64,000 nucleotides of DNA from an uncultured Desulfosarcina sp. (GCA_963674945.2 CAXXWQ010000002.1:576001-640000); one strand, 5' to 3'; counted from the stretch's first letter, positions 48,912 through 58,487 are shown. Numbers and translations: made by a program. The notes: generated by a model not told the origin, from the sequence alone.

Positions 48912-51457
48912 ACACAAACCAGAGAAACGAGGAAACCGGCCGCGACACCGACGAACAAAAACGGCGGTTGGATCTCTATGAACGAAAAATCCGCGAACTG
49001 CAAGCCCAGGTCTCTCATGTTGAGACATTATCCGATACCATCTCCCGTAAAGAAGAGGAGATTTCCTACCTGAAAGGGCTCGTTCAGGATCAGGCCAATA
49101 CCATTGACGCCCTTCGAAATGGGCTCTTGTGGCGATCCACACTGCCATTTCGGCGATTGGGGAAAAAGGTTCGGCGACTTGTTTTCAAAAAGGATGGATT
49201 CGAAACCAACGACTGGATTTCCGCGGGCCGGGTGGCATTCAAACTCACCGCCGTCCACGAGCTGGAAGTGGATATCTCCTTGCGGAACCACTGGCGATCA
49301 TTGGGGGATGACCCCCATTTCCATTTGACGCCCCATCGCGCAAGGTCCTTTCGCGGGTGGTACATGGTCGAAGTCGCGGTCACCGGATCGTTGCCCCATG
49401 CGCTGGCCCGTTTCTATTTCGACGCCGGCAACGGCTATTCAGAGCGCCGAAGTATTGCGATTCCCTATCGTAACGGACAACTCACCAAACGGCTCTGCTG
49501 GTTCGATACATCACCCGTTGGCATTCGTTTCGATCCCATGGATTGCAAGGGATCTTTTCGAATCGACCATCTCGATTTCGTCAAGGTGCCCGGTTGGTTC
49601 GCCGTCAATCGAATGCTTCGGAAAATCCGGGCGACCAACGACGCGTATCTGGGAAAAAACCTGTCCGAGATTCGACAGGGGATCCAGCAGCAGGCCAGGG
49701 AAGAAGGGATTTCTTTTACCGAGGCCGTCAACAAGTTATATTCCCAATATTTTAAAGCCTCTACCAGAAGTTACGAGCAGTGGATCGAAACCGTCGAGGA
49801 ACCGGTATTTTCTGACTTCGTCGCCATTGAGAAAAGCATCGAAGGTTTTCGGCAAAAGCCCCTGATTTCGGTGATTGTACCGGTATACAACACCCGGCCA
49901 AGGCTCCTTCGCCGATGCATCGAATCGGTCATCGGACAGTCCTACTCCCACTGGGAGCTTTGCATCGCAGACGATGCCTCCACGGATGCCGCCATCGGCG
50001 AGATATTGTTATCCTATGCCCAACGCGATGCACGCATCAAGGTCGTGAGAAGACGGGAAAACGGGCACATCAGCGCGGCCTCGAACAGTGCCTTGCGATT
50101 GGCAACCGGTGACTTCATTGCCTTGCTCGATCACGATGATGAATTGGCCGAGCATGCCTTTTTTTTCGTAGCCAGGGCCGTCAATGAAAATCCCCGGACA
50201 AAAATCATCTACACGGATGAGGACAAGATCGACGAGAGCGGTCGCCGAAGCGATCCCCACTTCAAATCCGATTGGAACCCGGATCTTCTTTTTTCCCAGA
50301 ATTACATTTCTCATCTGGGCGTCTACCATCGGGATGTGGTCAATGCGGTCGGGGGGTTTCGTTTGGGCGTCGAAGGCAGTCAGGACTATGATTTTCTGTT
50401 GAGATGCGCCGCATCGGCGGATGGCGACGAGATCGTTCATATTCCCCTCGTGCTGTATCACTGGCGGACCGTCGAAGGGTCGACGGCCCAGGCCGCCCAT
50501 GAAAAAAGCTATACCACGGAAGCGGGCATCAAGGCGCTGGAGCACATCATTCCGATTCATCAATGGGATGCGGATGTGACACAAGGGATGCTGCCCAACA
50601 CATATCGGGTGATCCATCGCATCGCCGATCCGGAACCGCTGGTTACCCTGATCATCCCCACCCGCGATGGATTCGAGGTTCTTTCCCGCTGCATTTCGAG
50701 TATCCGGGAAAAGACCACTTATGGTAACTATGAGATCCTGATCGTGGACAACCAGAGCCGGGACCCCGAGACCCTCGATTATCTGCAGGCGATACAGGAT
50801 GGTGAAAAAATCCGGGTCGTCTCCTTCGATCACCCCTTTAATTTTTCGGCCATCAATAACTACGGAGCAAAACAGGCACGGGGAGATGTGCTCGGGTTGC
50901 TCAATAACGATATCGAAGTGATTACCCCGGATTGGCTGACGGAGATGGTCTCCCAGGCACTTCGGCCGAAAAGGGGGTGTGTGGGCGCCAAGCTGTACTA
51001 TCCGGACGGCAGAATCCAGCACGCCGGCGTGATTCTGGGCATCGGCGGCGTGGCCGGACACTCCCACAAATACTTCAACAAGTCCAGCCCGGGCTATTTC
51101 AGTCGTCTGATGCTGATTCAGAATGTATCCGCGGTGACCGCCGCCTGCCTGGTCGTTCGAAAAAAGATCTACCAGCAGGTCGACGGCCTGGACGAAAAGA
51201 ACCTTACCGTGGCATTCAACGATGTGGATTTTTGTTTAAAGGTACGCATGGCCGGGTACAAAAACGTGTGGACCCCTTACGCCGAGCTGGTGCATCACGA
51301 ATCCGTGAGCCGCGGTGTGGAAGATTCCACCGACAAAATTGAACGCTTCAATCGCGAAACCCGCTTCATGAAAGAGAAATGGAACGCGGTGCTTTCGTGC
51401 GATCCCTATTACAGCCCGCATCTTTCCATGGAGAAGGAGGATTTTTCCATTGGGTGA
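48908..51457 (+). CDS. Glycosyltransferase with two GT2 domains
   Basis: N-terminal coiled coil; ISVIVPVYNT, ADDAST, LLDHDD, YTDED, GSQDYD; second domain IIPTRD, LLNNDIE, VTAAC, FNDVDFCL. Confidence 0.93.
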   Translation: MNTNQRNEETGRDTDEQKRRLDLYERKIRELQAQVSHVETLSDTISRKEEEISYLKGLVQDQANTIDALRNGLLWRSTLPFRRLGKKVRRLVFKKDGFETNDWISAGRVAFKLTAVHELEVDISLRNHWRSLGDDPHFHLTPHRARSFRGWYMVEVAVTGSLPHALARFYFDAGNGYSERRSIAIPYRNGQLTKRLCWFDTSPVGIRFDPMDCKGSFRIDHLDFVKVPGWFAVNRMLRKIRATNDAYLGKNLSEIRQGIQQQAREEGISFTEAVNKLYSQYFKASTRSYEQWIETVEEPVFSDFVAIEKSIEGFRQKPLISVIVPVYNTRPRLLRRCIESVIGQSYSHWELCIADDASTDAAIGEILLSYAQRDARIKVVRRRENGHISAASNSALRLATGDFIALLDHDDELAEHAFFFVARAVNENPRTKIIYTDEDKIDESGRRSDPHFKSDWNPDLLFSQNYISHLGVYHRDVVNAVGGFRLGVEGSQDYDFLLRCAASADGDEIVHIPLVLYHWRTVEGSTAQAAHEKSYTTEAGIKALEHIIPIHQWDADVTQGMLPNTYRVIHRIADPEPLVTLIIPTRDGFEVLSRCISSIREKTTYGNYEILIVDNQSRDPETLDYLQAIQDGEKIRVVSFDHPFNFSAINNYGAKQARGDVLGLLNNDIEVITPDWLTEMVSQALRPKRGCVGAKLYYPDGRIQHAGVILGIGGVAGHSHKYFNKSSPGYFSRLMLIQNVSAVTAACLVVRKKIYQQVDGLDEKNLTVAFNDVDFCLKVRMAGYKNVWTPYAELVHHESVSRGVEDSTDKIERFNRETRFMKEKWNAVLSCDPYYSPHLSMEKEDFSIG

Positions 51458-51467
51458 CAGGAAAACC

Positions 51468-51839
51468 AGAATACAGGAGTCAGGAGTCAGAATCCAGAAG
51501 TTGGATTTGCCTTCGGCTCAATCATAAAAATGAGTTGGGGATCCATACGTTAGAATGAAACGACCACCGGCAAAAAATTTTCAAGACTTGATTGTGTGGC
51601 AAAAAGCGCATCAATTTGTTTTGGCTGTGTATCGCTATGGTAAAAATGTTGAATTGACAAATCAACTCCAGGATGTCAGCAAATTTTTGGAAGGTGACCT
51701 TTCTTCCATTTTGCAAACAGAAAATAGGTAATGCTAATATTTATATTAATAGATGGAGCGAAGCGACAACATCGCCATTCTGACTCCTGACTCCTGACTT
51801 CTGGATTCTGAATTCTGTATTTTTGTGATTTGGAATTTA
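51468..51839 (+). mobile_element. Heptamer element carrying an internally deleted four-helix-bundle gene
   Basis: Five-heptamer left arm, motif L, gene, motif R, right arm TTCTGAC TCCTGAC TCCTGAC TTCTGGA TTCTGAA TTCTGTA. Confidence 0.85.
51555..51731 (+). pseudogene. Four-helix-bundle gene with in-frame internal deletion (58 aa)
   Basis: MKRPPAKNFQDLIVWQKAHQFVLAVYRY fused to GKNVELTNQLQDVSKFLEGDLSSILQTENR*. Confidence 0.88.
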
Positions 51840-51886
51840 TATATGAGCTTAGCAACACATTCTCCTGGTTCTTCACGGTTTTGATA

Positions 51887-52894
51887 ATGCTTCCCATGAT
51901 CTTCATCCATATTCCAAAGACCGCCGGAACGAGCTTTCGACTCGGTGCCAGGGCCTATTTCGGCCCCGAATATGAGATCAAGGATTATGGACCCAGAGTG
52001 GAAGCCACTTCACCCATGGTAAGAAAAATCATTTACCAACAAAACGATTTCGAACGATTTCGAAAGGTCATCGATAATCGTGAAATCAAATTTGTCACGG
52101 GACATTTCCCATCGGAAAAATATCTGGCATACTTCGATATGGGCACATTTGTCACGTTCGTCAGAGACCCGGTGCAACGGGTGGTCTCGGAGTACAAACA
52201 CGCGGTGCGGGTCAACGGATTCAACGGTACGCTCCGTGAATTTTGCCGACGACCGCGCAATATCAACCGGCAGTGGGAGGCCGTTCGGGTCATCGGGATT
52301 GAAAACATGGCCTTCGTCGGCCTCACGGAACAATACGAAACATCACTTTCTGCCATCAACGCCATCTTCGGTACCGATATCATGGCGTTGAAGAAAAATA
52401 TCGGTAAGGAGACGTTGCATGAACAGCATCCTATCGATCCGCCGGATGTCGATTTCATCAAAACCCTGAACCATGCCGATGTGGCGCTTTACGAAGAGGT
52501 AACGGATCGTTTTACAAAAGCCGATAAACCATTTTCCGTTGTCTGCAGGGATGACCAGTATAAAGGAAATGTCGGCGGGATAAGGGACGGGAAAATCTTT
52601 GGGTGGGCGGTAAACGAGACACGGGAGGCCCCCGTCGTTCTCAATATCCTGATCAATGGCGAAATGGTGGCAGAGGTCATCGCCAATCGGTATCGGCCGC
52701 ACTTGAAGGACGTGGGAATCACACGTTCCGGCTGCGCCGGCGTTCTCTTCGACCTCGGAAGCCGATCCGTGCGCAGCGGTGACATCATCGCCTTTCAGGT
52801 CGTAAAAACCGGGCAGGTGCTGGGAACCCGGCGCGTCACGGCGGAGATGGTCGAAGGGGGAAAGAACATTGAACGTCCTACATCGAACAATTAA
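51887..52894 (+). CDS. Sulfotransferase-family protein
   Basis: FIHIPKTAGTS (5'-PSB-like), FVRDPVQRVVSEY (3'-PB-like), FVGLTE; C-terminal GWA...R..L...G domain; start ATG 51887 or 51896. Confidence 0.85.
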   Translation: MLPMIFIHIPKTAGTSFRLGARAYFGPEYEIKDYGPRVEATSPMVRKIIYQQNDFERFRKVIDNREIKFVTGHFPSEKYLAYFDMGTFVTFVRDPVQRVVSEYKHAVRVNGFNGTLREFCRRPRNINRQWEAVRVIGIENMAFVGLTEQYETSLSAINAIFGTDIMALKKNIGKETLHEQHPIDPPDVDFIKTLNHADVALYEEVTDRFTKADKPFSVVCRDDQYKGNVGGIRDGKIFGWAVNETREAPVVLNILINGEMVAEVIANRYRPHLKDVGITRSGCAGVLFDLGSRSVRSGDIIAFQVVKTGQVLGTRRVTAEMVEGGKNIERPTSNN

Positions 52895-52934
52895 CTACAA
52901 CTCCCAATGGCTAAATTCCAAACCATGAATGAAA

Positions 52935-53174
52935 AGAATTCAGGAGTCAGGAGTCAGAATCCAGAAGTCGGATCCGCCTTCGGCGCATCCGAAAAAAGGT
53001 AACCAAAGAGGACACAAAAGAGTACAGAGAACGAATCAAATTGTAGTTCTCTGTGTACTCTACTGCTCTCTGTAGTGAATAACGCATTGCCTGAAAAGGC
53101 AGGTGTCTTTACATTAGAAAGAGCGAAGCGATAACAACGCCATTCTGACTACTGACTCCTGGATTCTGGCTTCT
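52935..53174 (+). repeat. Heptamer element with nested 9-mer element
   Basis: Five-heptamer arm, CGCCTTCGGCGCA, ACCAAAGAG GACACAAAA GAGTACAGAG ... CTCTGTGTA...CTCTCTGTAG, GAGCGAAGCGA, right arm. Confidence 0.88.
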
Positions 53175-53195
53175 TTCGTTTCGAAATGAAATATT

Positions 53196-54146
53196 ATGAC
53201 GAAAAACATAGAACCACTGATCAATACCGGTATCCATCTTTTAAACCCGGATGATGAACGCGCGCATCAACCGCGAAAAACCATCATCGTCTCCGGGGTG
53301 GCGCGAAGCGGAACTTCCCTGGTGGCCGGAGTCCTTTCAAAGTTGGGCGTCTTTTTGGGAGATACCGCATGTCCCCCGGTCTATGAGGATACGGAACTCG
53401 GTCGTGCCATGGAAAACCGGGAACTCGCGGCGGCCAAGGCGATTATCGGCCGATACGATGAAAAACACGCGATTTGGGGATGGAAGCGACCGTCTTCCAT
53501 CGGGTATCTTGATGAGGTCGACGCGGTTTTCTCCAATCCCATTTACGTTTTTATTTTCAAGGATATTTTTTCCATAGCAAAACGAAACGAGATCTCCATG
53601 CATGCGGATCTGATAAAAAATATGCGAAGCGTCTATAAACAACAGGGAAAAATCATCGACTTCATCGAGGAAAGAAATCCCGTTGCCATGCTTGTCGCAT
53701 ATGATAAGGCATTGGTGGAGAAGGATCGATTCGTCCGCGCCCTTTGTGAATTGGCCGGAATCGAGGCGTCGGCCGACCAATTCAATGCCGCCGTGGAATT
53801 TATCACACCCAATCCGCCCGACTACCTGGATGCATCCCGGATCACCAAGGCAAGAGGGAGCGTGGGGATGATAAAGGAAAATTGCGTGGTGGGTTGGGCC
53901 CGGGCGGTTTACAATGACACGCCCATTCATGTAGAATTGTATGTGAATGAAAGACTTGTCGCCGTAACGATGGCCAATCTTCTTCGAGAGAATCTCGTGG
54001 AAAAGGGCCTTCACCCCACCGGTCATGCGGGATTTCGTTTCGACCTCGATGAAGACACGAAACTTCAAAAAGGGGACGTCATACGGGTACGCGCGGAAAA
54101 CGAGGTGAATGACCTTGGCAATTGTCCGTTGGTGTTTGGGGAATAA
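53196..54146 (+). CDS. Sulfotransferase-like P-loop protein
   Basis: IIVSGVARSGTSLVA, WGWKRP; C-terminal domain homologous to that of 51887-52894. Confidence 0.7.
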   Translation: MTKNIEPLINTGIHLLNPDDERAHQPRKTIIVSGVARSGTSLVAGVLSKLGVFLGDTACPPVYEDTELGRAMENRELAAAKAIIGRYDEKHAIWGWKRPSSIGYLDEVDAVFSNPIYVFIFKDIFSIAKRNEISMHADLIKNMRSVYKQQGKIIDFIEERNPVAMLVAYDKALVEKDRFVRALCELAGIEASADQFNAAVEFITPNPPDYLDASRITKARGSVGMIKENCVVGWARAVYNDTPIHVELYVNERLVAVTMANLLRENLVEKGLHPTGHAGFRFDLDEDTKLQKGDVIRVRAENEVNDLGNCPLVFGE

Positions 54147-54153
54147 AAAAAAG

Positions 54154-54238
54154 GGAATTCAGTAGTCAGGAGTCAGAATCCAGAATGTGGATTTGCCTTC
54201 GGCTCATTCGATCAATAAACAGCAAGAAACCACAGAGA
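54154..54238 (+). repeat. Left half of heptamer element
   Basis: GGAATTC AGTAGTC AGGAGTC AGAATCC AGAAT, GGATTTGCCTTCGGCTCA, one ACCACAGAG unit; no right arm before gmd. Confidence 0.8.
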
Positions 54239-54270
54239 TAAGTCACCAACAAAATAGCGGGGATAACCAA

Positions 54271-55359
54271 ATGAAAAAAAAATGTGCATTGATCACCGGT
54301 GTTACAGGACAAGATGGCGCCTATCTTGCCGAGTTTCTGCTGGGAAAGGGCTACGAGGTGCATGGGCTCAAACGGCGAACCTCGCTGATTAATACCGATC
54401 GAATCGATCACCTTTATCAGGACCCCCACGAAGAAGACCGGAGTTTTATTTTACATTACGGGGATCTGACCGATTCCTCCAGCCTGATCCATGTGATCGA
54501 AAAGGTCAAACCCGACGAAATTTACAACCTGGCTGCCCAGTCCCATGTGGCGGTTTCCTTTGAAGAGCCGGAATATACGGCCAATGCGGACGGCATCGGT
54601 GCATTACGGATCCTGGAAGCCATTCGGATCTTGGGCCTGACGAAAAAAACGAGGTTCTATCAGGCCTCCACTTCCGAGCTTTACGGACTCGTACAGGAAA
54701 TTCCCCAAACCGAGAAAACCCCCTTTTACCCCCGATCACCCTATGCGGTGGCCAAACTATACGCCTATTGGATAACGGTAAATTATCGGGAGGCCTATGA
54801 CATCTACGCATGCAACGGCATCCTGTTCAATCATGAGTCGCCCATTCGCGGGGAGACCTTTGTTACCCGGAAAATCACCCGAGGACTGGCCCGGATCAAG
54901 GCCGGGCTTCACGATTGTTTGTATATCGGAAATTTGAATGCGAAACGGGATTGGGGGCATGCAAAGGATTACGTGGAGATGCAGTGGCTTATGCTGCAGC
55001 AGGAAAAGGCCGCGGATTTCGTGATCGCGACCGGTGAGCAGCACAGCGTGCGGGAATTCATCTCGGTTGCCGCCGACCAGTTGGATATGTCCATCACCTG
55101 GGAAGGTGCCGGACCCGATGAGAAGGGATTTGATGAAAAGGGGCGGTGCATCGTTCGCGTCGATCCACGATATTTCCGCCCCACGGAGGTGGAGACGCTT
55201 CTGGGGGATGCGACGAAGGCGAAAGAGAAGTTGGGATGGACCCCCAAAATAACCTTCAAGGAGATGGTCGAAGAGATGGTGGCGGAGGATCTCAAAACCG
55301 CACAGCGGGACGAACTGGTCATGCGGCATGGGTTTCAGATCCACAATCATCATGAATAG
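54271..55359 (+). CDS. gmd: GDP-mannose 4,6-dehydratase
   Basis: [57 protein letters not shown]; start ATG 54271. Confidence 0.98.
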   Translation: MKKKCALITGVTGQDGAYLAEFLLGKGYEVHGLKRRTSLINTDRIDHLYQDPHEEDRSFILHYGDLTDSSSLIHVIEKVKPDEIYNLAAQSHVAVSFEEPEYTANADGIGALRILEAIRILGLTKKTRFYQASTSELYGLVQEIPQTEKTPFYPRSPYAVAKLYAYWITVNYREAYDIYACNGILFNHESPIRGETFVTRKITRGLARIKAGLHDCLYIGNLNAKRDWGHAKDYVEMQWLMLQQEKAADFVIATGEQHSVREFISVAADQLDMSITWEGAGPDEKGFDEKGRCIVRVDPRYFRPTEVETLLGDATKAKEKLGWTPKITFKEMVEEMVAEDLKTAQRDELVMRHGFQIHNHHE

Positions 55360-55462
55360 GGTGGCAGAATCAGAAGGTCGAACAATTAAATACAAATTCC
55401 AATATCCAAATAACAAAACAGCAGAATTCAGGAGTCAGAAGTCAGAATCCAGAAGGTGGATT

Positions 55463-55588
55463 AGTTGTATTCAAACCGGGTGCTTTGCACCCGGAATCAC
55501 CCCGAACGATGAAAGCACTAACGTGCTTTTGGATATCCGGCCCATGGCCGAATATCCAAGTCACCCGCTTTGCGGGTGATCGTTGACG
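55463..55588. repeat. 126-bp multi-hairpin insert, copy 2
   Basis: Identical to 44480-44605. Confidence 0.85.
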
Positions 55589-55636
55589 CTCCTTTGGCTC
55601 AATCATAAATAAAGAGCTGGAAATCCAGAATGTAGA

Positions 55637-56001
55637 ATGAAACGAGCACCGGCAAAAATTTTCAGGACTTGATTGTTTGGCAAAAAGCGCATCGATTCGT
55701 ATTAGGTATGTATTGCTATACTGAATCATTTCCTAAAAGTGAGATTTATGGTTTGACATCACAATTGAGAAGATCATCCGTATCCATTCCAGCTAATATT
55801 GCAGAAGGCTTTAAAAAAAAGACGGTGCCTGATAAGGCAAAGTTTATGAACATAGCGCAAGGTTCTCTTGAAGAGACACGGTACTATCTCATTTTGGCGG
55901 CGGATCTTGGTTATGGTGAAAATGTTGAATTGACGAAGCAACTTCGGGAGGTCAGTAAATTGTTGGAAGGTTACCTTTCTTCTATTTTGCATTCTGTATA
56001 G
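55637..56001 (+). CDS. Four-helix-bundle protein (23S rRNA IVS/Avd-like); ATG out of frame by one base
   Basis: Open from TTG 55669: IVWQKAH...EIYGLTSQLRRSSVSIPANIAEG...IAQGSLEETRYYLILAADLGY. ATG 55637 is disconnected by A5 versus A6 at 55654, so this may be a pseudogene. Confidence 0.8.
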
Positions 56002-56044
56002 AGGCAACGGTAATATTCAAATTGAAGGAGCGAAGCGACACCTT

Positions 56045-56324
56045 CTCCTGGCTCCTGGCTCCTGGCTCCTGGCTCCTGGCTCCTGGCTCCTGGCTCCTGG
56101 CTCCTGGCTCCTGGCTCCTGGCTCCTGGCTCCTGGCTCCTGGCTCCTGGCTCCTGGCTCCTGGCTCCTGGCTCCTGGCTCCTGGCTCCTGGCTCCTGGCT
56201 CCTGGCTCCTGGCTCCTGGCTCCTGGCTCCTGGCTCCTGGCTCCTGGCTCCTGGCTCCTGGCTCCTGGCTCCTGGCTCCTGGCTCCTGGCTCCTGGCTCC
56301 TGGCTCCTGGCTCCTGGCTCCTGG
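56045..56324. repeat. (CTCCTGG)40 tandem array
   Basis: 280 bp, 40 perfect units plus a partial unit. Confidence 0.97.
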
Positions 56325-56384
56325 CTCCTCTCGTTTGTCTTTCTTGTAGTGGAAAACCATTACTCGACAAGGTAAGGTTCAACT

Positions 56385-57548
56385 ATGCAAAAAAACAGCA
56401 AGATCTACGTCGCCGGCCACAGGGGGCTCGTGGGATCGGCACTCATGCGAACGCTTCAAGCGCAGGGATATGGTAATATCGTCACCCGCACCCATGCCGA
56501 ACTGGATTTATGCGATCAAGCCGCCGTTCGAGATTTTTTCCAACAGGAGCAACCGGAATATGTCTTCCTTGCCGCGGCCAAGGTCGGCGGCATCTGGGCG
56601 AACAACACCTTTCCGGCGGAATTCCTCTATCAGAATATCAGCATCCAGAGCAATGTCATCCATTTTGCGAAACAAACCGGAGTTCGTCGTCTCCTGTTTC
56701 TCGGCTCCTCCTGCATTTACCCCCGCGATTGTCCCCAGCCGATGAAGGAGTCGTACCTGTTGACCGGACCGCTGGAATCAACCAATCGGCCCTATGCGGT
56801 GGCGAAGATCGCCGGTATCGAGATGTGCTGGTCGTACAATCGGCAATATGGAACGAAATACCTGGCCGTGATGCCGACAAACCTTTACGGTCCCAACGAT
56901 AGCTATGATCTGACAAATTCCCATGTGCTGCCCGCATTGATACGAAAGATTCACCTGGCGAAGCTGGCGAAAAATGGGGATCTGGAGGGGATTCGACAAG
57001 ACAGGGACCGAAGAGGGGATATACCCGTAGACGTGTTGCAAACCATCGGCGTTTCCGAAGATCTCTCGGCTTCCATCTCCGATGATGTGAAACTCGTCGT
57101 GTGGGGCACCGGATCTCCAAAGAGAGAGTTTTTGTACAGCGACGATATGGCCAGGGCGAGCCTGTTTCTGATGTCCCTTCCCGACAAGGAATTTGACAAT
57201 CTGGTAAGGGCCGAAGCGCTTCCGCTGATCAACATCGGGTGTGGCTATGATCTGACGATCAGAAAACTGGCTGAAACGATCCAGGACGTGCTCGGTTTTT
57301 CCGGGGAAATCATCTGGGACAAGAACAAGCCGGATGGTACGCCCCAAAAGCTATTGGATGTCGGCAACCTCTTTTCCCTGGGATGGAAACCAACCGTAAA
57401 TCTCGAAGCGGGCATCGCGGCGGCGTATGAGGATTACCTGAACGAAAGAATTCAGGAGCCGGAAGTCGGAATCCGGAAATCGCGGGTTTTATCGCCACAG
57501 ACACACACAGACGCACACAGACGAAATAGAGCCGATTCCAATTTTTAG
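56385..57548 (+). CDS. fcl: GDP-L-fucose synthase
   Basis: IYVAGHRGLVGSA, AAAKVGGI, LGSSCIYP, YAVAK, PTNLYGP, SHVLPAL, VWGTG, KPDGTP; the last 33 aa come from repeat sequence. Confidence 0.96.
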   Translation: MQKNSKIYVAGHRGLVGSALMRTLQAQGYGNIVTRTHAELDLCDQAAVRDFFQQEQPEYVFLAAAKVGGIWANNTFPAEFLYQNISIQSNVIHFAKQTGVRRLLFLGSSCIYPRDCPQPMKESYLLTGPLESTNRPYAVAKIAGIEMCWSYNRQYGTKYLAVMPTNLYGPNDSYDLTNSHVLPALIRKIHLAKLAKNGDLEGIRQDRDRRGDIPVDVLQTIGVSEDLSASISDDVKLVVWGTGSPKREFLYSDDMARASLFLMSLPDKEFDNLVRAEALPLINIGCGYDLTIRKLAETIQDVLGFSGEIIWDKNKPDGTPQKLLDVGNLFSLGWKPTVNLEAGIAAAYEDYLNERIQEPEVGIRKSRVLSPQTHTDAHRRNRADSNF

Positions 57549-57718
57549 CTCATTACACATCACTCATTACTGATCACTGATTTTTCCTCCGCGTCTCAGC
57601 GTGCTCGAGCAAAGCGGGCGAGAAAAAGATCAGCGAAGCGACAACTTCGCCATTCTGACTCCTGGCTTCTGCAGTTGCAGTTCTCTGTGGTGAATAACGA
57701 ATTACCTGAAAAGGCAGG
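57447..57718 (+). repeat. Heptamer element with 10-mer and TCAT/TGAT-heptamer cargo
   Basis: AGAATTC AGGAGCC GGAAGTC GGAATCC GGAAA ... AGCGAAGCGACAAC...TTCTGAC TCCTGGC TTCTG, then a 9-mer-element right end. Confidence 0.78.
57492..57604 (+). repeat. 113-bp direct repeat, left copy
   Basis: Identical to 58375-58487. Confidence 0.95.
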
Positions 57719-57729
57719 AACAATTAAAC

Positions 57730-57764
57730 TTGATAGTACTAAAAAATGTACTATAATACGTACA
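57730..57764 (+). promoter_or_regulatory. Toxin-antitoxin promoter with palindromic operator
   Basis: TTGATA-N16-TATAAT; TGTAC-N8-GTACA brackets the -10 box. Confidence 0.7.
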
Positions 57765-57789
57765 AAATAAACATGCATGCGGGTGCAAT

Positions 57790-58071
57790 ATGCAAAGAAT
57801 AAAAATTGATCAGGATATTAAGCCCTTGTCGGAAGTTAGGACCGGAATTGCAAACTTCATAAAACAAGTTCATGATACAAAACGCCCATTGGTCATTACA
57901 CAGCATGGAAAAGGCGTGGCCGTGCTAATCGATGTTCATGAATATGAAGCGATCCAAAATCGGCTTGAGCTTTTGACAGATATCCAGTTAGGGCTGAACC
58001 AGATTGAAAACGGACAAGGAATCGATCAAGAAAATGCAAAGCAGATGGTTATCCAGCGAGCCTTACAATGA
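57790..58071 (+). CDS. Phd/YefM-family antitoxin
   Basis: DIKPLSEVR...KRPLVITQHGKGVAVLIDVHEYE; overlaps the toxin start. Confidence 0.92.
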   Translation: MQRIKIDQDIKPLSEVRTGIANFIKQVHDTKRPLVITQHGKGVAVLIDVHEYEAIQNRLELLTDIQLGLNQIENGQGIDQENAKQMVIQRALQ

Positions 58072-58364
58072 AAATTGTATGGTCTCCTCTTGCGATAGAG
58101 CGGACTTCAGAAATCGCGGGTTTTATTGCCAGAGACAAACCATCCGCTGCAGAAGAATGGATCGATACCGTTTTTCTGAAGGTCGAACAGCTATTGGACT
58201 CACCTGAGATCGGTAGGATTGTGCCCGAAATAAACAACAAGCAGTTTCGAGAGATAATTTATGGTAACTATCGAATTATTTATCGTGTCGAAATAAAGCG
58301 GATTTCAATTCTTACGATCCAACATGGGAACCAGATATTACCAATAAAGGAAATCTTGACATAA
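58068..58364 (+). CDS. RelE/ParE-family toxin
   Basis: MKIVWSPLA...IAGFIARDKPSAA...PEIGRIVPE...REIIYGNYRIIYR...ILTIQHG. Confidence 0.92.
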   Translation: MKIVWSPLAIERTSEIAGFIARDKPSAAEEWIDTVFLKVEQLLDSPEIGRIVPEINNKQFREIIYGNYRIIYRVEIKRISILTIQHGNQILPIKEILT

Positions 58365-58374
58365 CAACATCTTT

Positions 58375-58487
58375 TCGCCACAGACACACACAGACGCACA
58401 CAGACGAAATAGAGCCGATTCCAATTTTTAGCTCATTACACATCACTCATTACTGATCACTGATTTTTCCTCCGCGTCTCAGCGTGC
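58375..58487 (+). repeat. 113-bp direct repeat, right copy
   Basis: Identical to 57492-57604. Confidence 0.95.

Larger units (their letters stand above)
55393..56329 (+). mobile_element. Full composite heptamer-flanked element carrying a four-helix-bundle gene (copy B)
   Basis: Same layout as 44379-45276; separates gmd from fcl. Confidence 0.8.
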
